Assembly: GCF_018977255.1 (NCBI RefSeq)
Contig: NW_024704742.1
Span: 43,464,001-43,528,000, forward strand
Direction: 5' to 3'
DNA: 64,000 nucleotides
Origin: Callorhinchus milii
Lineage: Eukaryota
Below are positions 41,571 through 53,982 of this stretch, one piece after another; the first letter of the stretch is position 1, and each line of letters begins with the position of its first letter. Both the position numbers and the translations under genes were made by a program. A model generated the notes under the pieces. That model saw only the letters and a program-made list of their open reading frames with translations, did not search any database and was not told the DNA's origin.

Positions 41571-41699
41571 CAACAACAAGATTGCATTTATAGTGCGCCT
41601 TTCACGTCGGGAGAACGGCCCAAGGCACTGGACAGTTGCGTCGGGACCCGAGCAGGGGGGAAATGGTCAGGGTGAGGGGAGGGAAGGGAGGGAGCGAGG
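41571..41699 (-). mobile_element. 5'-truncated L2 tail with a probable 6-bp target site duplication (AGCTAA)
   Basis: Same tail as the L2 at 8195-8290. AGCTAA flanks it at 41565-41570 and 41700-41705. Confidence 0.75.
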
Positions 41700-42258
41700 A
41701 GCTAAGCTTCACACCAGGATGCTCGAATAACTTCTGCATCTAATGAGGGCTCAAACGTGTGTTGCATGTCAAATGACCAATTAGTGACAATCCTCCTTGG
41801 AGGGGAGATTAGTGGGTCTCCTTGGAGATGCGTTGGTTTCAAGGTGACAAATTTAGGATTGGAATGTTGGAAGTAAATCAACTCTATGGTAGTGGCTAGT
41901 CTGGTCCCAGACAGCCTGCGTTATTGGTAAGACTTGCAAAGGTGTCACTGTGAGCAGGGATTCTTCTTGCTCGGGTCCTGTTAACCATGCAAGCCAAACC
42001 CCTAATGGGTAGGAGGACGGTCCCAGCTGGATAAGCAGTGGAAGCTTGTGCTAGATAGACAGTGCGATCATGTTACAATATGCTATTTTAGCTGGTTAGC
42101 AGTACCCCAAAAACACTCCGATTGCCTTTTGCCAAGTTGTGCATCATATTTTCTGGAATTAGATAAACAGGCGCACATGGGAAACAGTGTGCATTCATTC
42201 CAGACGCAGGGAAATGTTCATGTTTAGATGCTATGTACATGTGGAACTCAGTCTAGGT

Positions 42259-42573
42259 AATAATAATCCTTGATTTGATATAGCGCTTTTTCACGTCTTC
42301 AACGTCTCAAAGCGCTTCACAGAATACACTGTAAAGTGTATTGACTGTATATTTGTGGGCGAAACGCGGCAGCCAATTGTGCACAGCAGTGTCCCACAAA
42401 TAGTCGTGGATTGAAAATGACCAATTTATTATTGTTTTGATTTTTTGGAGGGATTATTATTAGGCTCTGTGTGGAGTAAGGAAACTTGCCCAAGGTTTCA
42501 CCCTCTGCCTGGAATTGAACTCAGGTCTCTGACTTGCGAGGCGAGTGCTCTAACCAGTGAGCCACAGGACTCC
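42259..42573 (-). mobile_element. Full-length young tRNA-derived SINE (short form)
   Basis: Same head, core and tail as 19393-19707. Confidence 0.92.
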
Positions 42574-43870
42574 AGGTAGATAGTATAGTCTATCTATAGG
42601 CAGATAGTTTTAAGCACGGTGATGAGTTTCTGCAATGCATCGGACGCCCGGCTGACCAAAAATGATAATGCAATTTGTAGATAAATTGTTATGGGGGTCT
42701 TCAAACTAGATGTAGTCTTACAGCAAGGGACTGCAAACAAACAGTACCTGGGCCTGTCTATCAGCCCCATACCCGGCATCCATCTCCTGGAGAACACATT
42801 TGGGAATGGTCCACGTTTTGACTTTAAACCTACACGCCTCAGCCTGCGTGAGAAACATAACTCGGGACTGGATGACCACAGCTCGGCTTACCCTTGCGAG
42901 ACCATTTTGTTTTCAAATTGAAGATCGGGGGGGGGGGGGGGGGGGAATTATGGAAACTTCTGGGGGGGGGAAAAACCTCTGAAGGCTGATCGTATTCCAC
43001 GGAAATTAAAAACGGCACAAAAAAAAGGTGACCCCCCCCCCCCCCCAAAAAAAAAGTTAAGAAACCAGGCCTCTCCCATTCCTATTCCAATGGACATTTC
43101 GGGCCTTTCGCGGAGAGCCCCTTTTGGAAGCCTCTCTCGCCGTTTAATCTGCTGTGTGGACGGGGGCTTTGACCGTCGCCCGAGTTTAAACATAACTGCA
43201 CGGTGCGAAATGCGCCGAGTCCGGACACGAAAGGCGGGACTCGGGCCGGCGATCACCGGGGGCGGGGGTTACAAACCGAGAAATAGCTTCAGTTCCCCCC
43301 ACCCCCCGAAAAAAAAACACACACACACACACAAGCGAAACAAGAAAAAAAAGAGAGAGGGAACGACCGTATTTTCCTCCTCCTCCTCTCCCAAAATACG
43401 AGCTGACAACAACCGACTGAGCCGATTCCGCGCCTCGACACGAACCCCCCCTCCAAACAACAGCCCCACCGAGCGGAACAATAGGAGAGCGGAGAGGGGT
43501 GGGGGAGCCATCCCGGGGGGGGGGGGGAGGGGAGGGCTCTCTCTCTCTCCCTCTCCCTCTCTCACCCCGAACCACCACCATCAATCACCGAAGCACATTC
43601 TGCCCCCCGAACAAAACAAAAAAAAAATCCCTCACAATAACGTGGCCCGAGAAACGTGGCCCGGCCATGTGCGTAAACAAGAGCAGGGCCGCCGAGAAGG
43701 GCGGCGGGCGGGGGGGGCGGGAAGGAGAGGGGGGGGGAACAGAAAAGTTGCCTCCAGCGGCTTCCATGTCGCGAACAAAGAGACGAGAGAGAAAATACAG
43801 CGATACAAGAGGGAGGGAGGGAGGGGAGGCCTCGTGTTTGCGGGTTCGGGCTGTCCTGGGGGTTGATTAC

Positions 43871-43884
43871 CTGCGGTGGAACAT
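43871..43884 (-). CDS. DHX15: Candidate alternative first coding exon of DHX15 (ATG TTC CAC CGC AG; MFHR-)
   Basis: Strong donor CAG|gtaatc at 43870 inside the CpG island. The 14 coding nt end in phase 2, the same phase as exon 1, so it splices in frame to exon 2. No transcript evidence. Confidence 0.5.
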
Positions 43885-44523
43885 TCCCGGGTAAACCGAG
43901 CGAGCGAGCGACCCGACCCGAGCGACCGATCAGCAGCAGCAGCAGCAGTAGGCCCCGGCCTCCCCGCCACCAAAAGCCCCTTCAGATCGGCTCCCCCTTC
44001 CCGTGCGGGGCGAGGCGAGACTGAGCGGAACCAAGAGCCACTTCCCCTCCTTCCTTCCTTCCCTCCCTCCCTCCCTCCCTCTCACACCACCACCACCACC
44101 CGCCGCTAAAAACCCGCCGCGATTCCCGCTCTTTGCTCCACTCCACTCCGCCGTCTCCGGAGGCCGCGCGTGCGCCTTTCCCGATTGCCGCCGCTCTCAA
44201 TGCAAAAAAAAACTGTGTGTGTGTGTGTGTGAGAGAGAGAGAGTGTGAGGGGGGGGGGAAGGGGGCGTGAGGAGGGGGGGGGTGGGAGGGAAGGGGGTAA
44301 AGAGAGAGCGAGAGAGAGGGGGGGGGGGGGCAGGGGAGGAAAATAGGGAAGGGGGTAAAGAGAGAGAGAGAGCAAAGAAAACACCCCCCACTCTCTCTCG
44401 TGTATGTGTGTGTGTATATATGTATATGTGTGTGTGTGTGTGTGATGGTGAGGCCCGAGCGCACTCAGGCTGATGCTCAGCTACAGGCCTCTCAGCCCTG
44501 TGCCCTCCCGGGGGGTAACTTAC

Positions 44524-44594
44524 CCGTCCGACGTGAGCCGCTTCTTGTTGGAAGCGTAATCGTCCCCCAGATCCACTCGGTGCCGCTTGGACAT
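44524..44594 (-). CDS. DHX15: DHX15 coding exon 1 (MSKRHRVDLGDDYASNKKRLTSDG; 71 nt, ends phase 2)
   Basis: Manual translation matches the vertebrate DHX15 N-terminus (MSKRHRLDLG...). The start is accATG with an in-frame TGA 6 nt upstream, and the donor is GG|gtaagt at 44523. It is not in the ORF track. Confidence 0.95.
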
Positions 44595-44631
44595 GGTTCA
44601 GCCTCGCGCTCCTCGCCGCCGCCGCTGCTCC

Positions 44632-44980
44632 GGTGTGTCCCGGGGCCTGGCCGCTGTGGTGTGTCCTGGGGCCTGGCCGCTGTGGTGTGACCGGGGGGGC
44701 CTGGCCGCTGTGGTGTGTCCCGAGGCCTGGCCGCTCTGGTGTGTCCCGAGGCCTGGCCGCTCTGGTGTGACCGGGGGCCTGGTGTGTCCCGGGGCCTGGC
44801 CGCTGTGGTGTGACCGGGGGCCTGGTGTGTCCCGGGGCCTGGTGTGTCCCGGGGCCTGGCCGCTCTGGTGTGTCCCGGGGCCTGGCCGCTCTGGTGTGTC
44901 CCGGGGCCTGGTGTGTCCCGGGGCCTGGTCGCTCTGGTGTGTCCCGGGGCCTGGTGTGTCCCGGGGCCTGGCCGCTCTGT
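44632..44980. repeat. GC-rich minisatellite with units of about 17 bp (GGTGTGTCCCGGGGCCT) and 26 bp (GGTGTGTCCCGGGGCCTGGCCGCTST)
   Basis: Directly visible tandem array with interspersed long and short units, about 40 bp upstream of the DHX15 ATG. Confidence 0.95.
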
Positions 44981-45314
44981 TGCGTCCCTCTTATCCGCCT
45001 CGGGTGCACGTTCTGCGCTGCCTGTCCCCGGGGCTCCGACCTCGCGGCGCCGATTTCCGGGCTGGGACAGGACTCAGCCTTTGGCCTCGTCAGCCGCCTG
45101 TCTGGTCGGTCGGTCTGTCTGTCTGTGTGGGTGGGTGGGTGGGTGTGTGGGTGGGCGTCGCTCTCTTCGCCCACGGGCCGCGCCGCGCAGCACCGCACAC
45201 ACACACCGGCTTTTTAAGCGGACGGGTGGACTCTCTCTCTCTCTCTCAGTCAGTCACTCACTCACCACTCACTCACTCCCTGTCGGTCGGTCTGTCTCTG
45301 TCCTGCGGCCCTCA

Positions 45315-45325
45315 CAAGATGGCGG
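45315..45325. promoter_or_regulatory. YY1-type motif CAAGATGGCGG (CCGCCATCTTG on the DHX15 strand), probable TSS vicinity
   Basis: Matches the YY1 consensus. I found no ATG on the minus strand between this site and the DHX15 start codon. Confidence 0.6.
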
Positions 45326-46124
45326 GTCGGAGAACAAGACTCGCTCACCTCGTTCTCGTCCTGTCACACCGCGGGACCACAGTAAGGGGTGGAGAGAGAG
45401 AGAGAGAGAGACACACACACACGCACAGACAGACAGACAGACAGACACAGAGGAAGCGCGGGCCGGCGGGCGGGCGGTGTTGGGGGTGAAAAAAAAATGC
45501 GCTGCTGGACATCTCGGATTTTTTTTTATTATTATTTTGCTCCGGGACTCCCCGTGTCGGCCCCCGACCCGAAAAGAGCCCCCAGATGCGAGGTTCAGGG
45601 GAAGGTCCCGAGAATGGAAGCGCGGCACCGGAATTATTCTCGACTCCCCCCACACCCCCACACCCCCCGGGTCTGACCGGGCCTTTTAGTTTTTCTTCCC
45701 CCCTCCCTCCTCCCCTCCTCCTCCCCACACGGCGGCTTCATGAACGCTTTGCCGTCAACGACGACGAGATTCGACCGTTCCCATTTTGTTTTCGCGCAGA
45801 CATTTAAGTTGGGCCCTACGTCTTCCGCGACTCGCGTGAGCAGTCGTGCAGAGTGTGGTGGTGGTGGGGGGGGGGGGGCCCTCGGGAATAAAAATCCCGA
45901 CTGAAGCAGCAGAGCCATCCCGCAACCGAGACCCCAGTGCGAGGGTGTACGCGTTGTGATGGTCATGGTTGCGTTTCGGTGTATCCCGTTGGCCGGCGCT
46001 TCACCACTGAAGCTTTATGCCTCCCAGACGTGTCTCCAAGTGCTTCACAGCATTTACTCTCAAATGTAGTGACGCTGTGTTTTGTGCCCATTTGCCCGCA
46101 GCCCTGCCTCACGCACGGCCGTGA

Positions 46125-46435
46125 AATAATCCTTGCGTTTGATACAGCAGCTTATGTCTCCCAGACTTCCCGAAGCGCTTCACAGAACATATTGTAAAGC
46201 GAATTGCAGGTGTATTTTGTGCGAGACACGTGGCACCCCATTGCGCACGGTAATGTCTCGGTTGTGGATTCGGTGACCAAATTATTTTTTTGAAGGAATT
46301 ATTATCCCCGAAAAAGCAATCCACCAATTGACTGACGATAGGGTTCCTACTTACTGCTATTTAAGCAGGCATGTGGAGTAAGAAAATTTCGTCCAGCATT
46401 TCGTCCTGCCGGGAACCAAACCCAGGTCCTCTCGT
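46125..46435 (-). mobile_element. tRNA-derived SINE (long form)
   Basis: Family core, internal segment and partial head. Confidence 0.85.
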
Positions 46436-46465
46436 TCACTTGCCATGAAGTCAATGACCAATGTT

Positions 46466-46988
46466 ATAAGAACGTAAGAAATAGGAGCAGGAGTAGGCCA
46501 TTCGGCCCCTCAAGCCTGCCGCGCCATTTAATAAGATCATGGCTGATCTTCTAACACAATACCATTTACCCGCCCTATCCCCATATCCTTAACCCCTTCA
46601 GTTTTTTTAAAAAATCTATCAATATCAGTTTTGAATATGTTCAATGACTGAGCATCCACAGCCTTCTGGGGTAGAGAATTCCATAAATTCACTAACTCCT
46701 GAGTGAAGAAATGTTTTCTCAACTCAGTTTTAAAGGACTGACCTTTAATCCTGAGACTATGACCCCTAGTTTTAGGTTCTCCAACTGGGGGAAACAGTCT
46801 CACGGCATCTACCCTGTCAAGAATCTTATAGGTTTCTATAAGATCACCTCTAATTCTTCTATATTCTAGAGAATATAGGCCTAGTCTACCCAACCTCTCC
46901 TCGTAGGTCACCCTCTCATCCCAGGAACCAACCTAGTGAACCTACCTTGCACCCCCTCTAAGGCAAGTATACTCTTTCTTAGATAAGA
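46466..46988 (-). mobile_element. CR1 LINE 3' fragment, same family as 53983-57135
   Basis: YEERLGRLGLYSLEYRRIRGDLIETYKIL...LWNSLPQKAVDA, with a matching 3' UTR and tail. Confidence 0.92.
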
Positions 46989-47559
46989 AATATCTGGAGG
47001 TTTGTTGGGAAACTCCCTTCTCTTTTTCAAATAGTGCCATGGGATCTTAACATCCACTTGAACAAAAAGACAGGACCTTGACAAAGCAGACAGGACCTCA
47101 GTTTAACACCTCATCCGAAGAATAAAGTTCTTTGTAAAGACCCGATCTTTCAACTAATTCCACTTATCAGCCCTTTTTTGATTACATTGTGTCATTGTAC
47201 CCCCGGCTTAGTGTCATTTTGCAAATTTAACACCTTGAAAATACAGGTCATACATGTATGCATGGAATACAAGGGTTCTCAGTATAGTCCGTTGATTAGT
47301 CCCATTTAACTGCCCCAGTTTGACGTATCTTCCCTAATGATTACCTTCTTCCCTTAAACCATTGATACCCAATGACATCAGTTTGTGAAGACATTGTTTA
47401 TGTGATGTTTGTCAAAGGCCTTTTGAAAGTGAGTACATTAGGTTATATGTCTTCCACAATCAATTTTGTATGTCACATCCTCATTAAAGTCTATCAGGTT
47501 GATCAGACAAGATCTACAACTTCTGAATCTATTCTGGCTGTCATTTATTTTTATGCAGG

Positions 47560-48631
47560 TAATAATAATCCTTGCATTTGATATAGCGCCTTATCACGTC
47601 TTCTAGATGTCTTAAAGCAATTCACAGAATATACTGTAAAGTGAATTGACTGTATATTTTGTTAGCGAAACACGGCAGCCAATTGTGCACAGCAGTGTTC
47701 CAGAAATAGTTCTAGATTGAGTGACCGCATTTATTTTTAAGGGATTATTACCTTGATACACCAATCGACTAACAACCGAGTTCCAACTTACTACTCGGTG
47801 TGTGGAGTAAGGAACCTTGCCCAATGTTTCATCCTGCCCAGGTCTTGAACCAATCGCGAGGTGAGAGGACCATACTACTCCATACTCCATACATTCTGAT
47901 GTTTGACTCCCATGATTTTCAATAAATAATCCTCGCTCCCTCCCTTATTATGCCTTTGAGACGTCTCAAAATGCTTCATGGAATATACTTTAAAGTATAT
48001 TTTGTGGGCAAAACACAGCAGCCAATTGCGCCAGTGTCCCACAAACAATCATGGATCGAGTCACCAATTTTTTTTAAAAGGATTTATTACCCCCAGAAAA
48101 GTGATCCACCAACTGATTAACAACTGGGTTTCTATTTACTGCTAGATAAACAGAGGCATAAGGAAATTTGCCCAACATTTTGCCCCACCTGGAAATCAAA
48201 CTCAGGTCCTCTCGCTTGCGAGGCAAGTACTCTAACCAATACACTTCACCAAGCCAGTCAGGAACCGAGACGTCTTGTTCGACCCTCAACTGTCCTTTCT
48301 CCCCCACATCCATGCGATGACCGGCTCTGCCTTCCCCCACCTCCGGAACATTGCCCAACTCCGTCACTGCTCACCCCTCATGAATCCAGTTGTTAGTCAA
48401 TTGGTGGATCACTTTTCCAGGGGTAATAATTCTTTCAGATAAAATAAATAAAATAATAATATTGGTCACTCAATCCATGACGGTTTGTGGGACACAGCTT
48501 TGTGCATTAGCTGCCACATTTTGCCCACAAAATATACAGTCAATTCACTTTACAGTATTTTCTGTGAAGCACTGAGAGACATCTCGAAGACGTAGTAAGG
48601 CGCCATATCAAATGCAAGGATCATTATTATT
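47560..48631. mobile_element. SINE cluster: 47560-47850 (-), 47925-48238 (-), L2 piece 48240-48380 (+), 48385-48631 (+)
   Basis: Three copies of the family core and tail, plus an L2 RT fragment. Confidence 0.85.
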
Positions 48632-49186
48632 AATTTTTTTCTTGTATTCAATTTACTTATTTCAGTTTTAAATAGTGTTTCATATCCTGGCACTACTTCA
48701 CCTCCATGGCTGCTTTGCCTCTTTAGTTTCTTTGATCTGATTGATGTCTTCTTCCTTTTTCTCCTCCGGTACTATAATCTCTTCGGTTGTTATTATATCA
48801 CTACTTTTTGGTTATCCTGTATTTGCTATCTCTCCTTCATTTTGTTTTTTAATCCTATTTAGATCCCTTCATCTTTAACTTCCTCCCTGATTACCCTCTT
48901 ACTTTAATATTATTGGGAACAATATTTTGGTATTATGTTTTCCTCTCTTGCTATATCCTTTTGGCCTATTGGTCACACTTCCCTTTCTCCCTGCAAAACT
49001 GTACATTTTCATTTTCTCCTTAATCCCCTTTTTTATTTTCATACTGATCTATTTTGGAGTATTTTTATTTAGTTTGTATTTAGGATGTACTTGTCCTGCA
49101 TGCTGTACAACAGAATATTTTTGAAGGATATCTACTTATCCTCAACTGAGTTTCCCTGAAACTACCACGTAACTCAGGCCACTTGT

Positions 49187-49415
49187 GGAGTCCTGTGGCT
49201 CAGTGGTTAGAGCTCTCGCCTCTCAACCAGGAGTCCTGGGTTCAATTCCCAGCAGGGCAAAATATTGGACAAGTTTCCTTACTCCACATGCCTGATAATA
49301 ATCCCTCAAGAAAAAAAACAATAAATTGGTCACTTCAATCCACGACTGTTTGTGGGACACTGCTGTGTGCAATTGGCTGCAGCGTTTCAACCACAAATAT
49401 AGAGTCAATTCACTT
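49187..49415 (+). mobile_element. tRNA-derived SINE (short form, 3'-truncated)
   Basis: Head ggagtcctgtggctcagtggttagag plus the family core. Confidence 0.88.
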
Positions 49416-49574
49416 AGATAATTTAGGGCTCCTCAGTTGTGAGAGAAGATGAGGGATGAATCAGATGGGCCGAAGGGCCGTCTTCATTCAGACCAGTCTT
49501 GTGATTTCCGGTGTGTAACCTTGTGTGATATGGTAGTACATCAAAGCACATTCTGCAGTCCCCAACCCTTGCCA

Positions 49575-50865
49575 ACCTGTGCCTTGAGAGGGGCTTGAGA
49601 TGGGTCTTCAAGGACGCAAGAGAGGAGGAGAGGCAGAGGGTCTGTGGGGTGAAGTTCCAGAGGGTGGGGGCAGAGTGGCAGAAGGCCTGCCTGCCAAAAG
49701 TGGGCAAGCGAGGCGGGGGATGTGAAGCAGGCCAGAGCCTGCTGAGCGGAGGGAACGAGCAGGATGGTAGGGGATTTGGAAGTCGGAGAGGTAGGGGGGA
49801 GCAAGACCAGGCTCACGAAACTTGGTGCGAGAGAGAACACGGACTGCAGAGTTCTGGATGATCTGCAGCCTATGGAGGGAGGAGTTGGGGAAACCGACAA
49901 GCAATGAGTTTGCAGAGTCGAGCCTCAATGTAATGAAAGCATGTATGAGGGTTTTGGCAGCCTGCGGTGTGAGACAATGGCGGAGCCGGGCCATGTTACG
50001 GAGGTGGGGGAAGGCAGAGCGGGTCATGGCGCAGATGTGGGGTAGAAAGGATAGTTGAGGGTCAAACAAGATGCAAAGGTTCCAGACTGGCTTAGCGAGG
50101 TGGAGTGTGCAACCATGGATGGTGATGCTCTCAGCGCCTGAGGTGAGGAGGCGCTGACGGGAGCCAATCAGGAGACCCTCGGTCTTGTTGAACTGAAGAA
50201 AATTAGACATTCTGTCAGGACAGCAGTGGTCCTGGAGTTAAGGGTGGAGGCAGAGAGGTGTAGTTATGTGTCATCAGCATACATGTGGAAGTTGACCCCA
50301 TGTCTGCGGATGATGTCACCAAAGAGGGAGCATATAGATATTGAAGAGCAGGGGAACAAGGACTGAGCCATGAGGAATGCCGCACGATACGGTGCGGGGG
50401 ATAGAGAAGAAACCGTTTGTGGAGATGAAGTGGAGGTGGTGTGAGAGGTACAATCTGAACCAGTCAAGGACAGAGCCGTGAAGGTTGAAGTGAGAGGAGA
50501 GGCGGTGGATGAGGATAGAGTGGTCAATGGTGTCGAAGGCAGCAGAGAGATCAAGGAGAACGAGGAGGCAGACAGAGCCCTAGTCGCAGATGAACAGAAT
50601 GTCATTTGTCACTTTGACCAGAGCTGTTCTGTGCTCTGGGCGGCCGGAAACTCGATTGGAGCAGTTCGTGAAGGGAGTGGCGGGAGAGGAAGTAACGGAG
50701 CAGCAACTCATTCCAGGACCTTGGAGAGGAAAGGGAGTTTGGAGATGGGGCGGTAGTTTGAGAGTAGTGATGGGTCCTGGGAGGGTTTTTTAAGGATAGA
50801 AGTGATGATGGACGTTTTTAATGGGATGGGAACAGTGTCAGCAGACAGGGAGAGGTTTATGATGT
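49575..50865 (-). mobile_element. Decayed L2 LINE RT region
   Basis: FHMYADDT, MSNFLQFNKTEGLLIG and HAFITLRLDSANSLL. Confidence 0.9.
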
Positions 50866-52599
50866 TAACCAGCTAAACCCACATAGCGCTTGTCATTGAT
50901 ATTGCTGTCTGGCAAGTTTCTCTGCTGCTTATCCAGCTAGGACCATCCTACTCATTAGGGCTTTGGCTTGCAGGATTAACAGGCGCTGAGTGGGATGACT
51001 CCCTGCCCCCAGTGACGAGTCTACTCTTCCACTTCCTGCCAATGAGCCAAGCATCAGCAGTGCCCTGGATTACCGCGGACCCGCCTGGCTCAGAAACCAG
51101 ACTTCGAAGACCGCCACAGAGGGCTTTCTCAATTCCAACATTCTGTTGCCAAGCATGTCACCTTGGAGCCAGTTCAGCTTCAAGGAGATCCTGCAGTTAT
51201 GACCTGATACACCAAGAAATACAAAATGCATCACAAAAGTGTGCTATCGCATCAAAATCCCTCAGGAGAGACACATAAATTATAAACTTTAAACAATTAC
51301 AATCAATTCTAGTTCGAAACTGGAAATTTAATTCTGCTTCAACTTTGGTTCTGTGCTCAGTAAGCTGATATCATCTGGGTAGCAATAGCAATACTAAAAT
51401 GACAAAATGTTGGATCCAGGGAAAGGAAATGTCAGCCATGTTCATGGACCTGATTGCTGATTATCCTGTCATACTTGCTAGATAGGACATGTAGGTGAAT
51501 GTTGGATGAAGACTAGATCAGAATTGGACATTGAGACAGTTCTATCACCGTTATATGTACACCCAGTCAATCAGAGATTTATTTTACACCTCTGTGACCT
51601 AGGCTGAAGCTATCTCTGTATTCCTTCCTTCTTTGATTTATACAGCAAGCTTGAGTTAAAGCATGGTTAAGTTAGGTCAACAGAATTTTATTGTAGCTTC
51701 AATCCATAACCCGCGGCATTAAATCTTAAATGACAGAATAAATATCAACAAACACAACTATGAGATAACAGACATAATTCACACTTAAACTACACACACT
51801 AGCAGTCACTTTTAATTAAGTTAATGTAAAAGTGCACAAAGAACCAACTTCTGACTATGATTCATCAATAGAGCACATACCTTTGTTGTCATCAGGTAAA
51901 AAAAACAGCAACCATGAGCATCTGGCGCTCGTTCTTTTATGGGCATTGAGCCCCCCCCCTAAATTAGGATACTCAATGGTAATTGTATTGCACCAATTAC
52001 TTGATGTAATTGATGCCTTTTTTTAATGGTCAAATCAGATCCTCCCCTCAGTTGTTCAACAGGGGATACATACACTTCCAATCCTTCATTTGCTTACTGG
52101 AATGGTGAGTCACCCCATCAAATTGTTGCAATCGACGCTAGAGTCAGACTTGGTGGCATAAGTATCAAAAACATTAAATACATAAAAAAATTTATTTAAA
52201 GCTCTACTTAATATATGTAAATAACAGACAGGCATAGAAAACAAAAGGGGTGACTGAAGTGAAGCTTCACTACAGTTTATAGCCTCAACTCTCACATTCT
52301 GGTTCACACAAAATGACTCATCACTTGGTAGTCGTGTCTCTGGAAACAAATTTCAGCAAGAATCTGAACCTTCGGAAAAGGAGGAAAACATTGGGGATTT
52401 TTCCAATAATATTTGTTTATGATATGGACCCCTTTTGCAGTGGAATGTCTCAACACACTTCACACAAATATTCATCATCCTTTATGCGCATCACACAAAT
52501 ATTCCCAACACATATATGATGGTTGAATGGCCTTATGTGCTAGAAAATTATTTTGTTCTACAGTTATAATGAGATAATCAGTGCACAACATCAATGTCA

Positions 52600-53300
52600 G
52601 ATTGATTTTTAAGCTTTCCTTCGCTGACTAACACTGCTTTTCTTCACCTTGACACTGGCACCACCTTAGTCCTTATCTCATACCAATGGTGCCAAAATCC
52701 TTATGCCTTTGTTACCTCCGGCCTAGGCTTTTCAAATGCGATCCTCACCAGTCTCACTAGTTTCTGCAATTCTAGGTAAGATCCAGCTGATTCAAAGCTT
52801 TGTTACTGATATTCTCACCCACACCAGCCTCTGGATGCCAATCACCTCATGCTCGCCAGACTCCACTGAATCACTGTTGCTCAACAGATTGACTTCCAAG
52901 GTCCTCACCTACGACAATAACTTGCATTAATATAGAGTCCCTTATGCAGGGTAGAGACCCAGAGCACCTATTAATCCCTTGATTCCCTGGCACCTACCTG
53001 TCTCTTTGACCTTCTCCTATCCCATTCCTCTGCTTGCCACCCCTGCTCTGGTAATTCGGGCCTCCACATATTCCCTGCCCCTTTGACAAGCCTTCAGCTA
53101 TTCCCTTTCCCTCTGAATCTTCCTTCTACCCTTCTGTCTCTAAATTGTCTTTAAATTGTGCCTAAAAACCTACTTTTTTGACTCCCCCATTTCCCCCTCC
53201 TATTCTCTAATCCCTTGTTTGGCACCTGTGCCCATTTTTGTAAAATGCTCTGAGATATTATTCTATACGAAAGGTACTATATAAATTCAAGGTGTTCTTG
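52600..53300 (+). mobile_element. Highly decayed L2 3' fragment
   Basis: Weak remnants of the TSRLDFSNAIL and QLIQS regions, plus an L2-like tail near 53240-53300. Confidence 0.55.
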
Positions 53301-53982
53301 AGAAAAATTCAGTGAACAAATTACTATTGTCATGCTCAAAGAGGTAGGTCTTGAGATGGATCTTGACCGAGGTGACGGAGGGAGCAAGTCAGAGGGACTA
53401 ATTTAATGTCCGTATTTGATAGAGTGGCTTATCATGTTGAAACCTCCCATTGTCTCAAAGCATGTCAAACAATGAGTTGTATCATGTGCAGTTATTATTT
53501 GGACAAACACAGCAGCTATTCCGTGCCAGCAAAGTTCCACAAACAGCAAGGAGATAAATTACTAATTAATCTTTCTTTATGTTTCTTGGATGTGCAGAGT
53601 ACATTGGCAGCACACTGGGTGAACATATAATTCTTCTGAATTACCAGTACTTGGTGTACATCTAATCCAGGATAAAAGTAAGTTCTGCTGCATTAATTAA
53701 ATTAACATAGTACTTTCTAATTAATATTTACCAATACAGTCACTGAATTACAGATCATAAGATCACAATAGAGATTTAAATAAAAAGAGTAAGGTTGCCG
53801 AGGTGGGGTTTGATAAGATTATAGAGGGAAGGTGCAAATATTTTTACAACGAGGTTTATTGGAATTTGGAGTCCCTGTTAAAGTTGAATCCATGGCTGTA
53901 TTTATAAAGGAATTGGATAAATACTTGAGGAAAATAACATTAAAGGGCATGGTGAGAGAGCAGGGGAATGAGAATAAAATTG

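Larger units (their letters stand above)
43080..45980. promoter_or_regulatory. CpG island / DHX15 promoter, 5' UTR and proximal intron 1
   Basis: Abrupt rise in GC and CpG density against a CpG-poor, AT-rich background. It encloses exon 1 and several GA/CA microsatellites and G-runs. Confidence 0.9.

Noticed and set aside
44632..44980. Repeat array as a CRISPR-like locus
   Set aside because: There are no unique spacers and no cas genes. It is a eukaryotic minisatellite.
45319..45390. Plus-strand ATGGCG followed by a gtaagg as a divergent gene's first exon
   Set aside because: The ATG is part of the YY1 motif, the donor is weak, and I found no downstream plus-strand coding exons.
43090..45966. 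Many long overlapping ORFs (258, 335, 300 and 281 aa) in the CpG island
   Set aside because: They arise from stop-poor GC-rich, microsatellite and minisatellite sequence and give low-complexity translations. The real exon 1 is in another frame.
51250..52560. Largely unique AT-rich stretch as the 3' UTR of a neighbouring gene
   Set aside because: There is no associated coding exon or splice structure, and poly(A)-like hexamers are expected by chance.
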